Source of the DNA: Eutreptiella sp. 'Long Island Sound 2002'
Taxonomy: Eukaryota; Protista; Euglenida
Assembly (NCBI GenBank): GCA_964036045.1
Contig: OZ038379.1
Coordinates: 17,546,001 to 17,610,000 of the forward strand
Direction of reading: 5' to 3'
DNA length: 64,000 bases
Shown: positions 22,901-37,200 of the stretch, in pieces
Position numbering within the stretch: the first letter of the stretch is position 1
Layout: each line of letters opens with the position of its first letter
Program-made: the position numbers and the translations under genes
Notes under the pieces: model-generated
What the model was told of the DNA's origin: nothing
Databases searched by the model: none
Seen by the model: only the letters and a program-made list of their open reading frames with translations

Positions 22901-25143
22901 AGGGATACGGACCCAGCCATTCCCTGGCCAGCATATACTTGACAGCAGAGCCAAGTGCGCTGAGCCAGGCGCACGCCATGTGTGCGCACATGCCGCTCGC
23001 ATGTCCGGGCCCTCCCAGTCGTATCAGTCCCACACCTGTCAACCGCTGCCGAATCTCATAGCACCAATGTCTGGGCGATGTATCTTCATAGCCCGTGATT
23101 CCCGACAGCTCCTGAAGCTGCCCACCGCAGGTGACATTGAACGGTTTCGGCAGCCGGTTGTTTAGACCAGCCGCGCAACCCCCAGCCGCTTCGTAACACT
23201 GGGTACCGTCCAGTGACATGCACTGCGGGTCCCCATCAGAAGTCAGCCGCACGGCAAAGTCGACGCCGGGGATGCAGCGGTATTGTCCTCCGGCGCCCGG
23301 CACAAAGTCGGGCCCGGCCTCGGTGATGAACGCCGTGTGGAACGACCCCGCGGCAACGGCCCGGATCTTCGCGCCCGTGGGGGCGACACACGGACGCGGG
23401 GTGTCAGTCCATAGGACCGCCGGGGGGAGGCCCAACTGCCCCATGCGGTTCGCGCCCATGCCGAACATCGCGCCCCCCGCCAAGAACACGGTGTGCGAGT
23501 TGCCGGTCGCGATCGCGGTGATGACGGCCCCGTCCGGCGCCTCCAGGCGCTGCGGGGTACTGTAGCTCACGCCGGCGCCGACGGGCAGGCCCAACTGCCC
23601 GTGCCGGTTGGACCCCATGACGTACGCCGCGGACTCGGTAAGAAACGCGCTGTGCCAGCCCGCCACCGCGACGGTGTAGATGGCCTCCTGGTTCGGGGCG
23701 TGCAACGGCTGCGGCGTGCCCTCGTCGTGGGTGCTGCGGATGCCCAACTGTCCGTTGGAGTTGAACCCGGTCATGAAGCACGTGGCAACGGCGTCGCACG
23801 TGCCCCCGTACTCCCACTCGCCGTTCGTGCGACATTTTGCGGTGGGGAACCCGGCGTACGGCTGTGTGCACTGCGGGTTGCAGATCCCGTGCGACGTCCA
23901 GTCGTTGCAGTTCGCGAAGTCGAAGTTGAGGTGTTCCGGCGGACCGCACGACACGGCGAAGGCGGCGTCGAACAAAGCCTGGTCGGCGACCAGCAGCCTC
24001 ACAATTTGAATGTCAAAGTCTGCGCCGAAGCCGCAGGCGCTGCAGAGGCCACCGCACTGCCCACTGCACATTTGACCGCTGGTGTCGCAGGATGCCCCAC
24101 TGCTGGCGCCTGGATGGGCAGTGGGCATGAGTTGTGCACAGGAACGGGTCCAGAAATAGGGAAGGGGTGGAGATTCCGGGTGGAATCGGGATGCGGGTGG
24201 GGGTGGGGGAGTGGGGATGGGCATGGGCATAGGGATGGGGTGAGGCCTGGGGTTTGTCGAGTAGCAATCAGGAGAACTGTTGTAAGAGGGTATGTTCTGA
24301 ATTGGTACGTGTCTAAGAATTTTTAACACGCCGTCCAATACGATGCCTCCCAGTTACACGTCGATGCCTACAAACTGCAGATCACCGTCTACTTGCGACA
24401 GATCAATGTCCACCGAATACTCTGTAATTTTGAGGTGGGATCCTTCAGCCCCGCACAGCAAAATCACCCCACAGCACACGACTCAATAATACTCGACATC
24501 TCACAGCCCGAGACAACACAGTACGACGTGGCACGACACAACACAACACCACCTTGAATGAAGAGCGGTTGCGCTGGCTCCCCGGGCTCGACACGAAACG
24601 GAGTCCCAACCAAGCTCAGCCGGTAGCCACTCGTGTAAGGGATGCCTCGGCAATCCTTCGCAACGCCCCATTTCATGTAGGTCCATCCATCCGCAGCGCT
24701 TACGCGGCCGTTGCTCGTAGTGTAGGTGGTGTCCGTCTGGTCGACGTAGACGTGCTGCTGCCCCCGCCCGACTGCACCAATGATTCGCAGCTTCTGCCAC
24801 GTGGTTATCAGCGGGTACGACTCGGACCAGTTGTCCACCGCTGGAAGGTTGATATACTGCCGGCCATCTTCTTCGTAGAGCCAATTCTGGGTGCATGGCA
24901 TGCGATGCAAAATAGTAATGGAAATAGCAGGAAAAAGACGGACTGGAACATTCTACTGGACCATGTCACAGCACAACGAAAGCACAACAGTGCAAAACAT
25001 AGAGCTGCGACAGAAGCCCGGATCTCAAAACACTACACTTGCACTTACACTTGCGCGTACATGCACGTTACACATGCACGGACACGTATGCGCAAACATA
25101 GACGCACACGTGCACTGCACTGCGCTGACGCAAAACAACATAG

Positions 25144-25235
<92 letters not shown>

Positions 25236-28200
25236 CAACAGAACGCAAACACAAACCTAAACACAACACAACACAATACAACACAACACAACAGAATACA
25301 ACATGACACAACACAACGCAACAAAACGCAGCACGACGTATCACATCCCATCCCATCCCATCGGGTCACATCACACATCACACATCACACATCACAGCAC
25401 ATCACATCACACATCACACATCACACCACATATCACACATCACACCACATCATATTACATCACATCACATCACATCACATCACATCACATCACATCACAT
25501 CACATCACATCACATCACATCACATCACATCACATCACATCACATCACATCACATCACATCACATCACATCACATCACATCACATCACATCACATCACAT
25601 CACATCACATCACACCACACCACACCACATCACATCACATCACATCACATCACATCACATCACATCACATCACATCACATCACATCACATCACATCACAT
25701 CAGATATTCAGCTGCTATACTAGTCACAGCGCACCTTATGGAGAGGGGCCCAACCAACATTGATAATACACAAACGCCCTTGGTGATGTGCCGGTGTTGT
25801 GCATATTATGCACCAAGAAATGGCTCTTGCTAGAGCCAACACAAATCCACCGCAGCCAGCAGCGGGCATCACAACACAAAATAGCACAGCACGGGACGGT
25901 ATGACACCTCAGGCGTCAGGCTGGGCAGCTCCACCGGGACATTGAAGGGCACTTTAAGGCCGAACTCGATGACCTCTGTACTGCGAATGAGCGGGTCGAG
26001 CAGGCCATCCAGCCCGATGCTGAAAGTGCCCCCCCGCCAGCCATCCCCGTAGCGGGCCGTGGCCACGAAGGTGTACGCGCCGGCGGCGAGACACACCGTG
26101 AGAGTCTCGTTGCCTGTGACTACGGGGCACGTGCCCTCGACGGCGAAGTCTGTCGCCGTCCCGTTGCGTTCAGTGACGTTGATGGCCACGGACAGACAGC
26201 CCTTGACGTCCACGTTCGGCGCCATCGGGTCGCAGTGGGCGGTGGGGGCCGGCACCGTGAAGGCGACGTTGGCGCGGTCCCGCTTCGCCGCCACCGCGGG
26301 GACGACAGGGGCCGTGGAGCCGTCCAGCAGCGCCAGCGTGACGGTGCCGCCGGCGGAGCCGGAGACGTGGTCCCCGAACGCCGCAAGCTGATAGTCCCCG
26401 GGGGCCAGGCACGTGAGGGTGGAGTAGAAGGCGGAGGGGGCCAGCGCCCCCGGCTCGACCCGCAGCGCCGGGCACGCACCCCCGATGGCCCAGCCCATGG
26501 CAGCGGCCGCAGTGGTGGTGCGCACGTTGACCACCACCGGCCGGCACCCCATCACATCTACCGTGGGCTGAAAGCACTCGTCCACTCTCGAGAACACCTC
26601 CACCTCCGCGAGCGCGAGCGCGGCCGATCCGCCTTTGCGGACGCGCACGTGCGACCCGAAGACCGCGCACGCGAAGGCGAAGCTCTCGGAGCGCCGCACG
26701 GAGGCCGGGACGGCCCCGGTCCCGCACTGCCGCCACCCCTGCCGGGTCAGCACCTCCACGACGGCGCCGGCCATGCCAATGGGGACGGGCTCGGCGCGGT
26801 GCAGTGTGCAGCGCGGCCAGAGCCGCACCTCCCGCACGCACCGGGATCCGCCGAGGGAGAGTTCCACTTGGGGGTCGGGTTCAGTGGGGCAGGACTCCCA
26901 ATACCCGGTGTCCGTGGGGTGGCAGGGGTAGTCCCCGTCGGTGAGGGCCTGTCGAGGCTCGGGGCAGGAGCTGGGGACCGGGGCCAATCCCAACGCGATG
27001 TTGGTGACACCCACGTCCCCGAGGCCGCAGCGCGACTCCTCGTTGCCGACACTGAACGCGGTGGCGGAGCCGCTGCCAAAGACTTCGACGGGGCCGAGGA
27101 GGCGCTGGCCGTTGCGGGACAGCGAAAACGTGCCGCCGCTCCAGCCATCGTTTTCCTGTGGCGGGTGTGATGGGGGCTGGAGGCAGCTGAAGGGGGTATG
27201 GGGCAGGGATGGGGCCCATGGTCCATGGCAACCCCATCCCAAGAGGATGAGAGGGTGGGGGGGGGGGGGGTTGGGTTGGGTTGGGTGAAGGCCTCACCTG
27301 GTCGCCTACCCACGGTCCGCGCCGCCTTCCCTGCCGGACCCGACCGGGCGGCTGTACCAGGGTGTCCGGTCACAAGGCCTACCGGACTGCTGACCGCCCC
27401 CAGACCCCGCGGTGGCGCTCGCGGGCGGGAGATGCCGCCGTGCCTGTGTGTATGTGCCCTTGTGTGTTTGTGGAGGGGGGGGGGGGGGGGGCTGTGGCAC
27501 ACCTGCTTGCTCCATTGTTGTTCGGCGTTGGCGCACATGGTGCGGGGAAGTGTGTGCCTGGTGCTCCAGGCCCCGGCAGGGAGGCTGGAGAGCCTGACTC
27601 TGAGCCCGCCGGGGGAGATGTGGGCCTGGGCTCGCAACCTCCACGTCACTAGGACATGCTACCCAACCACTCCACGACTGCCTGTTGGCACGGGAAGGCG
27701 GTGGTACGTGGCACGACTGGGGTCAGACCCGCACTCCTTGACTGCCTTAGGCACAGGTGGTGCTGCCACGCGGGCTGGGTCCGGCTCCCCACGGCCGAGG
27801 GCGTACCGCGGGCAGGTGGAGGGGCACCAGGGCGCAAAGAGTGCTTCCCTGCCCTGGGTGCCACCGGTGCTGGCTGCACTGGCTGCGGCGCTACAGCCCG
27901 CGTAGACGAGGGGGCCCAGAGGGCACCACACCCGAATGGCCTCTCCGTTGGGGGGGGGGGGGGGGGGGCGTCACCCCCAGTCTTGACAGCCCCTGAAGCG
28001 CCTTCCCCAGGGGTACTGTGGCAGACCTGTCAGGTCGTCCCAGGCTCCCCCGCGTTGGACCCGGAGCTACAAGGCCACCGCAGACCCTGGACGACCCAGG
28101 CACAGTGAAGCCCGACGCACGCCAGGGCTTCTTTTGAGCAGGGGGGGGAGGGGGGGAGGGGTTTTTGGACCCAAAACTTGGTGTACCAAAAATGGCCTGA

Positions 28201-31200
28201 CCAGATTTTCCCTATTGTAAATTTCGTTTTTTCCCACTATGGTCACTTTGGTCTGGGGAGGGGGGGAGTGGGTTTTGGGGGAGCCCCCCCCCCTCCCCTT
28301 GGTTTTTAATTATTCTAAAAGAAGCCCTGACGCACGCCCATGCACACGACATGCACACATTCACAACCACGACAATTCATGGTCCTGACCGGGGGCACCG
28401 GGGCCCCACGCAAAGCAGTCAGTGGCATATCTGCGCTCGCCCGCAGGCAGTGGCAGCCACTGCAGGTCCCACAATGTGCCACGGTGCCGGAGACACACGG
28501 GCAGCGGTACACAGTCCGAGACATGATGCACGAGGTCGGGCCGTGCCACCAGACCACAGGACCAGGTCTGCAGATCTTGAGGCGGGTGAGGGCTGCCAGA
28601 GGACATCACTCACCACAGCCCCTCTCAGGGGGGGGGGGGGGGTGACAAAGCCCTCAGATGTTGCTGCTCTCCTGGAAATGGGCGGCATCAATCGACCTCT
28701 CGCCACTTGCGAAGGTCCACCAAGCCGCTGTGTTGGCCACGGATTCTCCGTTGCAGCGGGTTGTGTGTGGTACCGACATATTAAAGACCCACACGGCAAT
28801 AATTTTCAGTGCGGAATGCAAACACTCTTCCGTGGCGGCTTCCATTGGGGGGGGCGGGGGCTTCGAGCCGGGGTGAATGAGCGGGGCTACTCCACCACCC
28901 CATGATTGAGGTGGGGCTTGTGGAACTCCATCTGTGCGTCTCGGAGCGGTCTCTTGATGTATTCGGGGGCGGCTTGTGGGGGTGAGCGCAGTGCATGCGC
29001 AATGCAACCATTCGGCCACTGGGGCAGACAAAGCAGCGATTTCCAACTAAGTCATTGAGCTCAAGCCTCTCCTCAAGCTCAGCAACTCTCTGCCGCATAT
29101 GCGCGGTCTCTTGCTCCCACTCCGCATGCGGTCGGTCCTTGTCGGCCAGCTGCATCCGTACCTACGAGTATTGGCTTTGTTGCGATTGCAGCGTCCCTTG
29201 TAGACGTCCTGCTGTCCTTTTGGTAGGCCCGGCCCTGGCGGCCTACACCCCTAACATTGATCCCCGTCGTGCACTAATCATTTTGAGGTGGGTGCCATAG
29301 GGAACAGTCTTTTCAAAAAGGAAATCTGCCTCACAGCTCAATCTACGGGCCAGTGCCATGGCTTTTGCGTGCCCCGTGTTCGTCGATCGAAGGTGGTGTG
29401 TGCTTATTGGGACCGGGGGAGAGGCACAGTCGAATACCGGCCCCACTGCTTCCCAGTGCAGTATACTGCCCCCGGGGCGTCCGCTCCGCTGCCGGCGCCA
29501 GCAGGCTTCACATGCACTCCCCGGACTGTGAAGAGGGGCGGCCACATCTGAAGTGTAGGGAAGCGCCGAGCAAGTGTAGGGAGGCGTCAGGGAGGTGTCG
29601 TGAGGGGGGTGGGGGGGGTGTTAGACAGCGGCAGGAGGTTCCAAGTGTGAATGTATGCTACTGCCAACAACATGCGCTCCCAGTGCACGGCTCGCTGTAA
29701 GGGCTAGGCGAGTCATCCAATACTCGCGAGCATCCGAGTATTCGGCAATTCAAAATCAAATCAACCGTGATGACTAAAATTTCTCACATTTCATAGTTAT
29801 TCTGTTCTCGTTGTGGCTAATGCCTTAACGGCCGCAACACCACATCGGCGAAAGCGGGCGAACCTCGCAAAGCCGATTTCTCGAGATCTGCGAAAAATTG
29901 AATGCTAACAATTGGTACATGGATCATCAGACACTACATCTAACAGCCTGTGCAACCGGTTATGAGTGCAGCTGGATTTCAGGGATGGCGATCGGTCGCA
30001 TTCGAAAAAAAAAAGAGGGCGGCCCGCAGCACACCGAGTCGGTTGCATAAAAGATGTAGTCGCCGCCAGGCAGACAGAACTCTACCCGATTGACCGTGTT
30101 GTCCTGGTACGTCTGGGAGAACATTCGGTACGGGGGCTTGACCCCCACGAGGGCCCAGCCGACTTCTGCCGCAAAGTCCTTCGTGACGATCTCCAGGACC
30201 GTCTCGCTGCCGTCACACGTCTCGTCCGAAGAGGCCGCATCCACGCCGCTATCAACGACCATCAGACTGCCGATGACGCCGCGCAGGCGGCCCGTGCCGT
30301 CCGCGGCGCAGCCGATCCAGCCCCCCGCGATCCCCACGACGCCGGCGGTGCTGTCGTACCGCAGCGTCTGGATCTGCTCCCCATTGACCAGCAGCCGGGC
30401 GCTCGCCCCTGCGACGGCGTAGTGCAGGTCGATGGCGTACTCGACGCCGATCTGGAACGCGTAGTCGAACCACACGGCCTCCGGTGCATTCCCCCTGACC
30501 GCCAGCCCCAAGCGGGCGGACCGCCCTGACGCACCGAACCCCACCACAAAGTCCCCCTTGTCCGCGAAGCTCGCGCCGCGGACGTACGCGCTCAGGCCCG
30601 GCCCGGCGGTCGGGTCGAGCGCGGTCAGCCGCACCGTCGCATTAATCGAGAGGCCGGGGACGTCCATGCGGTCGGCCCGGGGGTCCGGCACGCACACGTC
30701 CACTGCGCTGTCGTACGCGGCGGCCGCGTCGCGCTGCAGGTACAGCCCGACCTCGTCCACCGTCGCCAGCGCCGAGGAGACCACGAGGCGCATGGCCGTC
30801 ATGGGCACCGGAGGCCGCAGCTCGAACACGTGCGTTGCGGCGGACGCCAGCGTGAAGGCCCCCGCGTAGTCCTGCCACGCCACCGCGTCCTGCCACGTCA
30901 CGTCGGAGAGGTCGCCGGGGGGCAGCGGCGACAGGGGGTCCGCGGTGTACTGGAGGGTGAACACCACCCCCTCCCACCCGCCTTTCGGGAAGCGCCCCGT
31001 GGCGTCCCGCCCCCACGCGACGTACTGGACCGGCGCGGCGCCCGCCAGCCGGATGCCCACGAACCTCCGGCCACCGTGCGGCGCCCCCGGGGCCCAGCCG
31101 CGCTCGTCGGCCCGGACCCCGTCGTTGACGTTGTTCCAGCAGCGCGGCCCGGCGACGTCGGGGGCGGTCCCGGTGTGCGGGCCGGGCTCGGGGCAGAGCC

Positions 31201-34200
31201 CGGGGAGGGAGCTGGAGGCGAAGGGGATGCCGCCTGCGCTCTGGGCCGCCATGTTGTGGGTGCGGTGGAGCGGGCTCGTGTGCGGCTGGACGAACATCAT
31301 CGGGCCCACGCCCGCGCCTGCAGAGGGTGTGAGGGGGGGCGGACACGGTCCTCCGGAATGGGGAGGGCCTCCAAACAGGCCAAGAAAGGAGGCCACTGTG
31401 TGCTCTCCTCGGGTCCCAAAATGGAGGTGACCACTGGACAGTCCCAGTGTTCTACGAATTTGTTTGTGAATTGTGACCTGTCCTGATTCTGGAACCCTCG
31501 GGCCATGTGGTACAACTGCCCACGCCATCGGTGGTGGATGACTGGGATGACTGGGAGGCCTTCTACACTGGCAGGCTGGTGGACGCCACAGTGGGACAAG
31601 CATTCCACTATCACCCCCTCCCCCCCTGCTCTACCCACAAATGACCTCAACCAACAAGCAGATCACACAGTCGTACCCCTCGGTTGGGTCTAGTTAACAA
31701 GCAACAAGCAATAACAAGCACTTCACGTTTCCAGTTGGCCAGTATCTCTGTCCCAGCGCTTCGGGCTCCACTCTACTCTCGCCATGTTTTGCATTGATAC
31801 ATGCCGTTCCCAAATCTGGAGCAGCAATGGTGGCGCTGCGGGGCGAAGGTGCCAAGATCGGAGGTCATCCTGTGCAGCGTGTTCGCAAAGGCACAAGCAC
31901 ACCAGGACATCCGACCATCGAACATGCAATACGCAACATGTGTGGACGGCATGGGGTTTGGGCCAGAACCTCCTCCTCTAAAAAGTACATAGCTGCAGAT
32001 CCATGACATCCAAACCTTCCGGCGCACGGGGCGCAGTTCCCGCCCTTGTGGAGTATGTGGGCACCTTGCAGAGGGAGGGGGGGGGGGGTTTGCCCCCCCC
32101 CACCCCCGAGCCGCTTGTTATCCAGACAGGGCTAGGGGGGGTTCTCATAAAGGCGGCAGGCGGCAGTAGGTTTTGGGGGGGTTTGGCACAAGGCCTCGGT
32201 ATCTGCTCGTTTGCCTTTGGTGGCGCCTATTGGCCTCTCGCCACTGCTTATTCTGACCCTCTGTGGGTCCGAACGTTTTTTGGTTGTGTCAACGGAGCCC
32301 CTGGATGACTGGTCCTGTATGACTACTCCAGGGTCGGCTGTCCCGGAGACGGGCTGTTGCCCGTGCCGTTGACCAGGTGCATCCAGATGCACACTCCGAG
32401 TCCATGCTGGGTTTGCTGACTCCAGCACTGACTTGAGCACGCTGGGGTGTGCATCTACAGGATAATTTTCCTGACAGGGGCTCCTAACAACCACAATTAT
32501 CCTTTCCCGTTTTTCCTTTCCTTCTTCTCCTTCTGCGCTCTGCACCGTTTTCGGTGAGCGGCGGTCTGCCCTGTCCTGTTACCCTCCTTGGTTTGTCCCT
32601 TTCCCCCTGCCCTGTTTCTTCCCCGCCCTCTCCATTCTTTCTGCCCTGGGGGGCATTGGGTGGCGGGGGTGCATGTTGCTGTAGGGAGGGGGTAGAGGAG
32701 GGGGCGGGGGAGGGGGAGTGGGAGTGGGTTCGTCTCGTTTTGAAGCGGGGGGGGGGGGCTGGTGAGGGTCGGGGCGGGTCGGACAGAAGGGGGGCGTACC
32801 CGTCCCCATGATTACGATCTTTCCGGGAAAGAATCGCTTGAACCGGATTTCAGACGCAGCGAAGATGTCGACGTCCCCCTCCGGCACCGACACCGTGGGC
32901 CCAGTGAGGGCGGTGTCCACGGCCCATCCTTCTGCCGCGATCCAAGGCCGGTCCGAGTCATGCGCGCTGTGCGTGCCCGGGAACACCAGGAACACGGTGC
33001 AGGACATGGTGCAGGTGACTTCGAGCTGGACGACAGAGGGCGGCTGCGGGGGCTCGTGGGATGGCCGGGAGACGTAGAGGTACCCGGCGCCAGCCACGAA
33101 GCTGCCGAGGGTCACGAAGCGCCAGTCGCGATCCACGTACACGCGGTCGGAGACCCAGGGCATGCCCACGTGGTACGGCAGGCCGGACGTCACGGTTGTG
33201 ACCTGCACCCCCGCGAAGGCGATCACATACTCCGGGAGGGCGGTCTCGAAGGTGTACGTCTGCACTGGCCAGTCCTCCATCACGCCCTTGATCCCCATTT
33301 GCCTGGAACAGTGGGGTCGGGCACGGCAGCCACGGAAAAGCAGAGCAGCAAAGTGGAGGAGACTGTGGGCATGAGGATAAGGTTTGAGGGGGATGGGGAT
33401 GACAGGGTAGTGCATGAGGGATGGGCAGATCGGGCATGAAGGGCACCAACCCTCCCGCCCCCCCCCCCCCCCGTACGGGGCAAATGTTTTCCACGGTATG
33501 GGCCACGGTATGGGGTGGACCGTTTTTGTAAAAAAAAAAAACCCTCAGTCCCTCAGACCTTGGACTCAAAGATGATATGCATTGGACACAATTGCAAACA
33601 CAAGACACGGACTGGGCACCACAAATCATTGCATTCAGCCACGTAACTGCTTGATAATATCCCCAGAGGCACGAATTGCAGTGCTAGACAAGGGCCCAAT
33701 TGTGGGATGCGGTTATTGACATACCCATTCGCCATTGCCAAAAGGTACCCAATCTGCGTGCCATGAGACATGCTCCTGCGGTCAGCCGTCAGGAGCCCCT
33801 TCATGATGATTCGGAACGATCCCTGCACGACAGTGCTGGGTACTGGCAAAGTCAAAGCAGTATTTGAACAGTCAGCCAAATCAGGCATAACCATATAAAG
33901 GGAGGCATCAAAAACATTCTTGTAAGAACTTAGGTCCAGCGACATACCTGACCGTTGCCTGGGGTCCAGCACCCACAGCTCATCAAAAAACGGCAACTGT
34001 TTGTCCTTGTATTTGGCAATCAGAGCAAGAACAGTGATGACAGTGGGCCGCACGTATGTCTCTGCTTGGTTCTTGCCACACATGAGGCCACCAACTGCAC
34101 TACAAACACAAAACACAAGGCGCAATTCGTCCATCAGGGCCCAACTTCGGCCCTTTGATAGAAAAACCAAGGCATCTGATAATGTTCAGGGATCCCTCCG

Positions 34201-37200
34201 AGGTAGGGTTTTTTGATTGGAGTCCGCAAGCAGTGTCACATCAGAGCCATCTCAAAAAGCCTCACATTTTGTACGGTTCAACATCACCAGATCAGCCCTA
34301 TATTTCTTGTCCCGCTCCTAGTCCCATGGTTGGGTGCTGTGGCCAGGATCGCTCTGTTTTTCTGTTCGTTCTTTGGCCTGTGTTGCCTTGCGTTGTTGTA
34401 CTTTTTCTTTCTTCAATGTGTTCGGTTTCTTTTGTTTGTTGTACTAGCAGCAGCAGTAGTAGCAGTAGTAGTACTAGTTGCAGCTGCCAACGGGCCGGAC
34501 TTTGAACCCAAAAAGGGGGGCTTGGACAGGCTTGGCGGACACACAGTTCACAAAATAGCCCAATCCTCTGCACAGTCAGGACGCTTCTGTCGAAGGGCAC
34601 AACAGTCCGCCTTGCCCAAAGACAAAAACAATAGTTTCAGCATTCTTGGAGTGGCATACATTGCAAGGCATGGTCTGGTCAAGAATACACGGGAAGGCAG
34701 GAACGAGAGACAAATGGGTGTCTAATATTGCCTGTTTCTGTGTTATGGTTCCGAGAACCCACTGTACGGGCCACTGTACAGGACAAAACGGGGAATCCGG
34801 GTTACCGTTCGGGAGGGGGGCGGGGGGGGGGGATGTTGGGAGACGGGGACGGCAGGGTCCTGCGCGAGGGGCATACCTGACGCGCACCGTCAGGGCACAG
34901 CCAACCAGCAGAGAGCTGTCCTGCACGCTGTTCCAGAGCTTGACGACCGCCGGCATTGCACCCCCGTCCGCCAGCACCCACTCCACCCAGCGCTCCCCGG
35001 GGCCCTCCGAGTGGTTGCTGTGGTACTGCGTGTCGTAGTCCCCATCGATGGTGCGCTCGGGGCCCTGCCCCGCCGCGGCGCCGTGCGGGTCGGTGGGGGG
35101 CGCGGCCAGTGCGAGGGGCCGCCTCTCCCCCGTTCCGCTGTAGGCCTCGATCTCACGGATGTGGAGGTGGTGGGGGCCGGGGCCGGAGGGCCGTGTGAGC
35201 CGGAGGACGTACTGCCCCGAGCAAACGCAGGGGTTTGTCAAGGTGCAGGAGGTGCTTGGCTCAGGAGGGGCATTGAAGTGCACGAGTTTCTCTGCCCCGC
35301 CCTCCACGATGGAGCAGTAGGCCATGCTGCCGGGGGCGGTCCCCGCGGGCGTGCCCGCGAGGCCCAGGCGGTGCCCCGCCTGCGCGCACCCCTCCTCCGT
35401 CGGGATGGGGTAGTACGCGTTCGTCGCGCAGGTGCCGGACGTGAACACCGCGACCGCCGGCCCCCCTTCGTTGTAGAAGCGGCACGTCCCGTCCTGGACC
35501 ACCTCGATGGTCCTCAGGTGCCCGAGGCGGTCCGGGACCGGGTCCGTGTGCCGCGACTGGCGGTAGTGGACCTTCCAGCCCGTGAACAGCGGGTCGGGCC
35601 AGGCGCACTGGTGGCAGCCGGGCTCACTGGACAGGCCGTAGAACGTACCCGCCGCGTACGCGCCGCTTCGCAGCCGCGCAGGGCCGGCGGGCTCCGCCAC
35701 GGCGTAGCACCGGGGGTCGCTCTGGCAGGCGGCCTTGGCGGCGGCGAGGGTGCTCGCGACGATGCGGTTGCGCCGGCAGGCCCACTCCCCGGGCCCGCGA
35801 TCCGCGACCGCGATCCAGTCTCTTTGGATGCACAGCTCCCATGACCCGGAAGCCCCAGGGCCCGTCATGGGCACCACCTGGAGGCAGGGGAAAGGGATGG
35901 AGAGGTACAGAGGGCGCTTCCTGTGCGCCACAGCCCCGTCGGACCCCTCTGCCCTTGGGGGGCCCTTCCGGCGGACCACAGGCGTGTGTGCCAACGTGCG
36001 GCAAAATGTGTCAACACAAACGCATGAATGTACTGCATGGGCCCCGTGATGGGAAAGGATGAGGGGACAGGGGCATGTGCCTCGCAGTCCGTCAAATGGG
36101 ACACGTGCTCCATATTGCGCTGTCCTCAAAACGCAGCAGAGCCCCAAATCCACTGGAAGCCCCGTGCCGTAGGGACAAAAGCATGTGCCACGAAAGGTCA
36201 ATCCTCCGTCACGTGTCCATCCGTGCGGGTGTTGGTGATCCCATGACCCCGCACCAAAACATAAATTGGCCGGAGGGGTCCACGCAGGAGTGCTCCGTCC
36301 TGAAGGCAGTATCAACAGCGTGGCCGTAGCCCTGCCCCAATCCCCACATGTGACCTTGCACAACAGCCCCACAATGTTGAAACGAGCCAGCAGCACTGAG
36401 CTGTGGGCATCCCCACGTGCAGAAACCCCCCGCCCACACCACTGCACTACTGGTCCTCCCTCCCCCCACCTTTGCCCCACCGCCCCATCCGCCACGGTCG
36501 GGAGGCACGCCTCTACCAAACGACCACCAAGTGCGTGGAATGGGAAGGACCAGCCGGCAAACATACCCTACCTTCATGGTGCACCCGATACTTTCGGGCC
36601 AAGCCTTTCACACAGGGATGCTGCTGAGGTCGCTCTTCATGGCACACCACAGGCGTGCCACGCGTTGCGATGTAGAGGCACGGGGACAAGGGGCATGAGG
36701 GGGGGGGGGGGGGCACAAAATTGCAGGGGCACAGGGCAAAGGGGCCGAGGACCTCCGTAATCACGAGGGGATCGGCGTCGGTCCAAGACATCCACTCGTT
36801 GTCGCCCACGGCCTTGCCCGCTCCGACGCTCAGCGTTCCGGTGCGGGTGTACACCAGCCACATCTGCGTCCAGGAGCTCTGGGCAAGCGCCGTGCCGACA
36901 CGCTCCGCCACGGCCGGCCCGCCGTGCGACCTCCGAAGGACCGATCGGGTGTTGCCCCAGCCCCCGATCACAAACTCGTACATTGTGGCGTTGTCACGCG
37001 CCGCAGTGAACAGCCCCAAGTGCGCATTGGTGAGGGCCTGCACCTCAAACGTGACGACGAGGGGGCCAGACTTCGGGGCAAAGTCTCTGCCTGCGGCTGC
37101 AATACGCAGGAGAAGAGGAATGGGGTGACCACTGTTGCCCTTCAGGTGTCAACAGAAGCACAGACCACAGGTTCACCAGTCATCTTGTGGCTGCCTCTTG

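Noticed and set aside
32126-32305. Second hAT MITE (cagggct...agcccctg)
   Set aside because: TIR match is imperfect and no matching 8-bp TSD.
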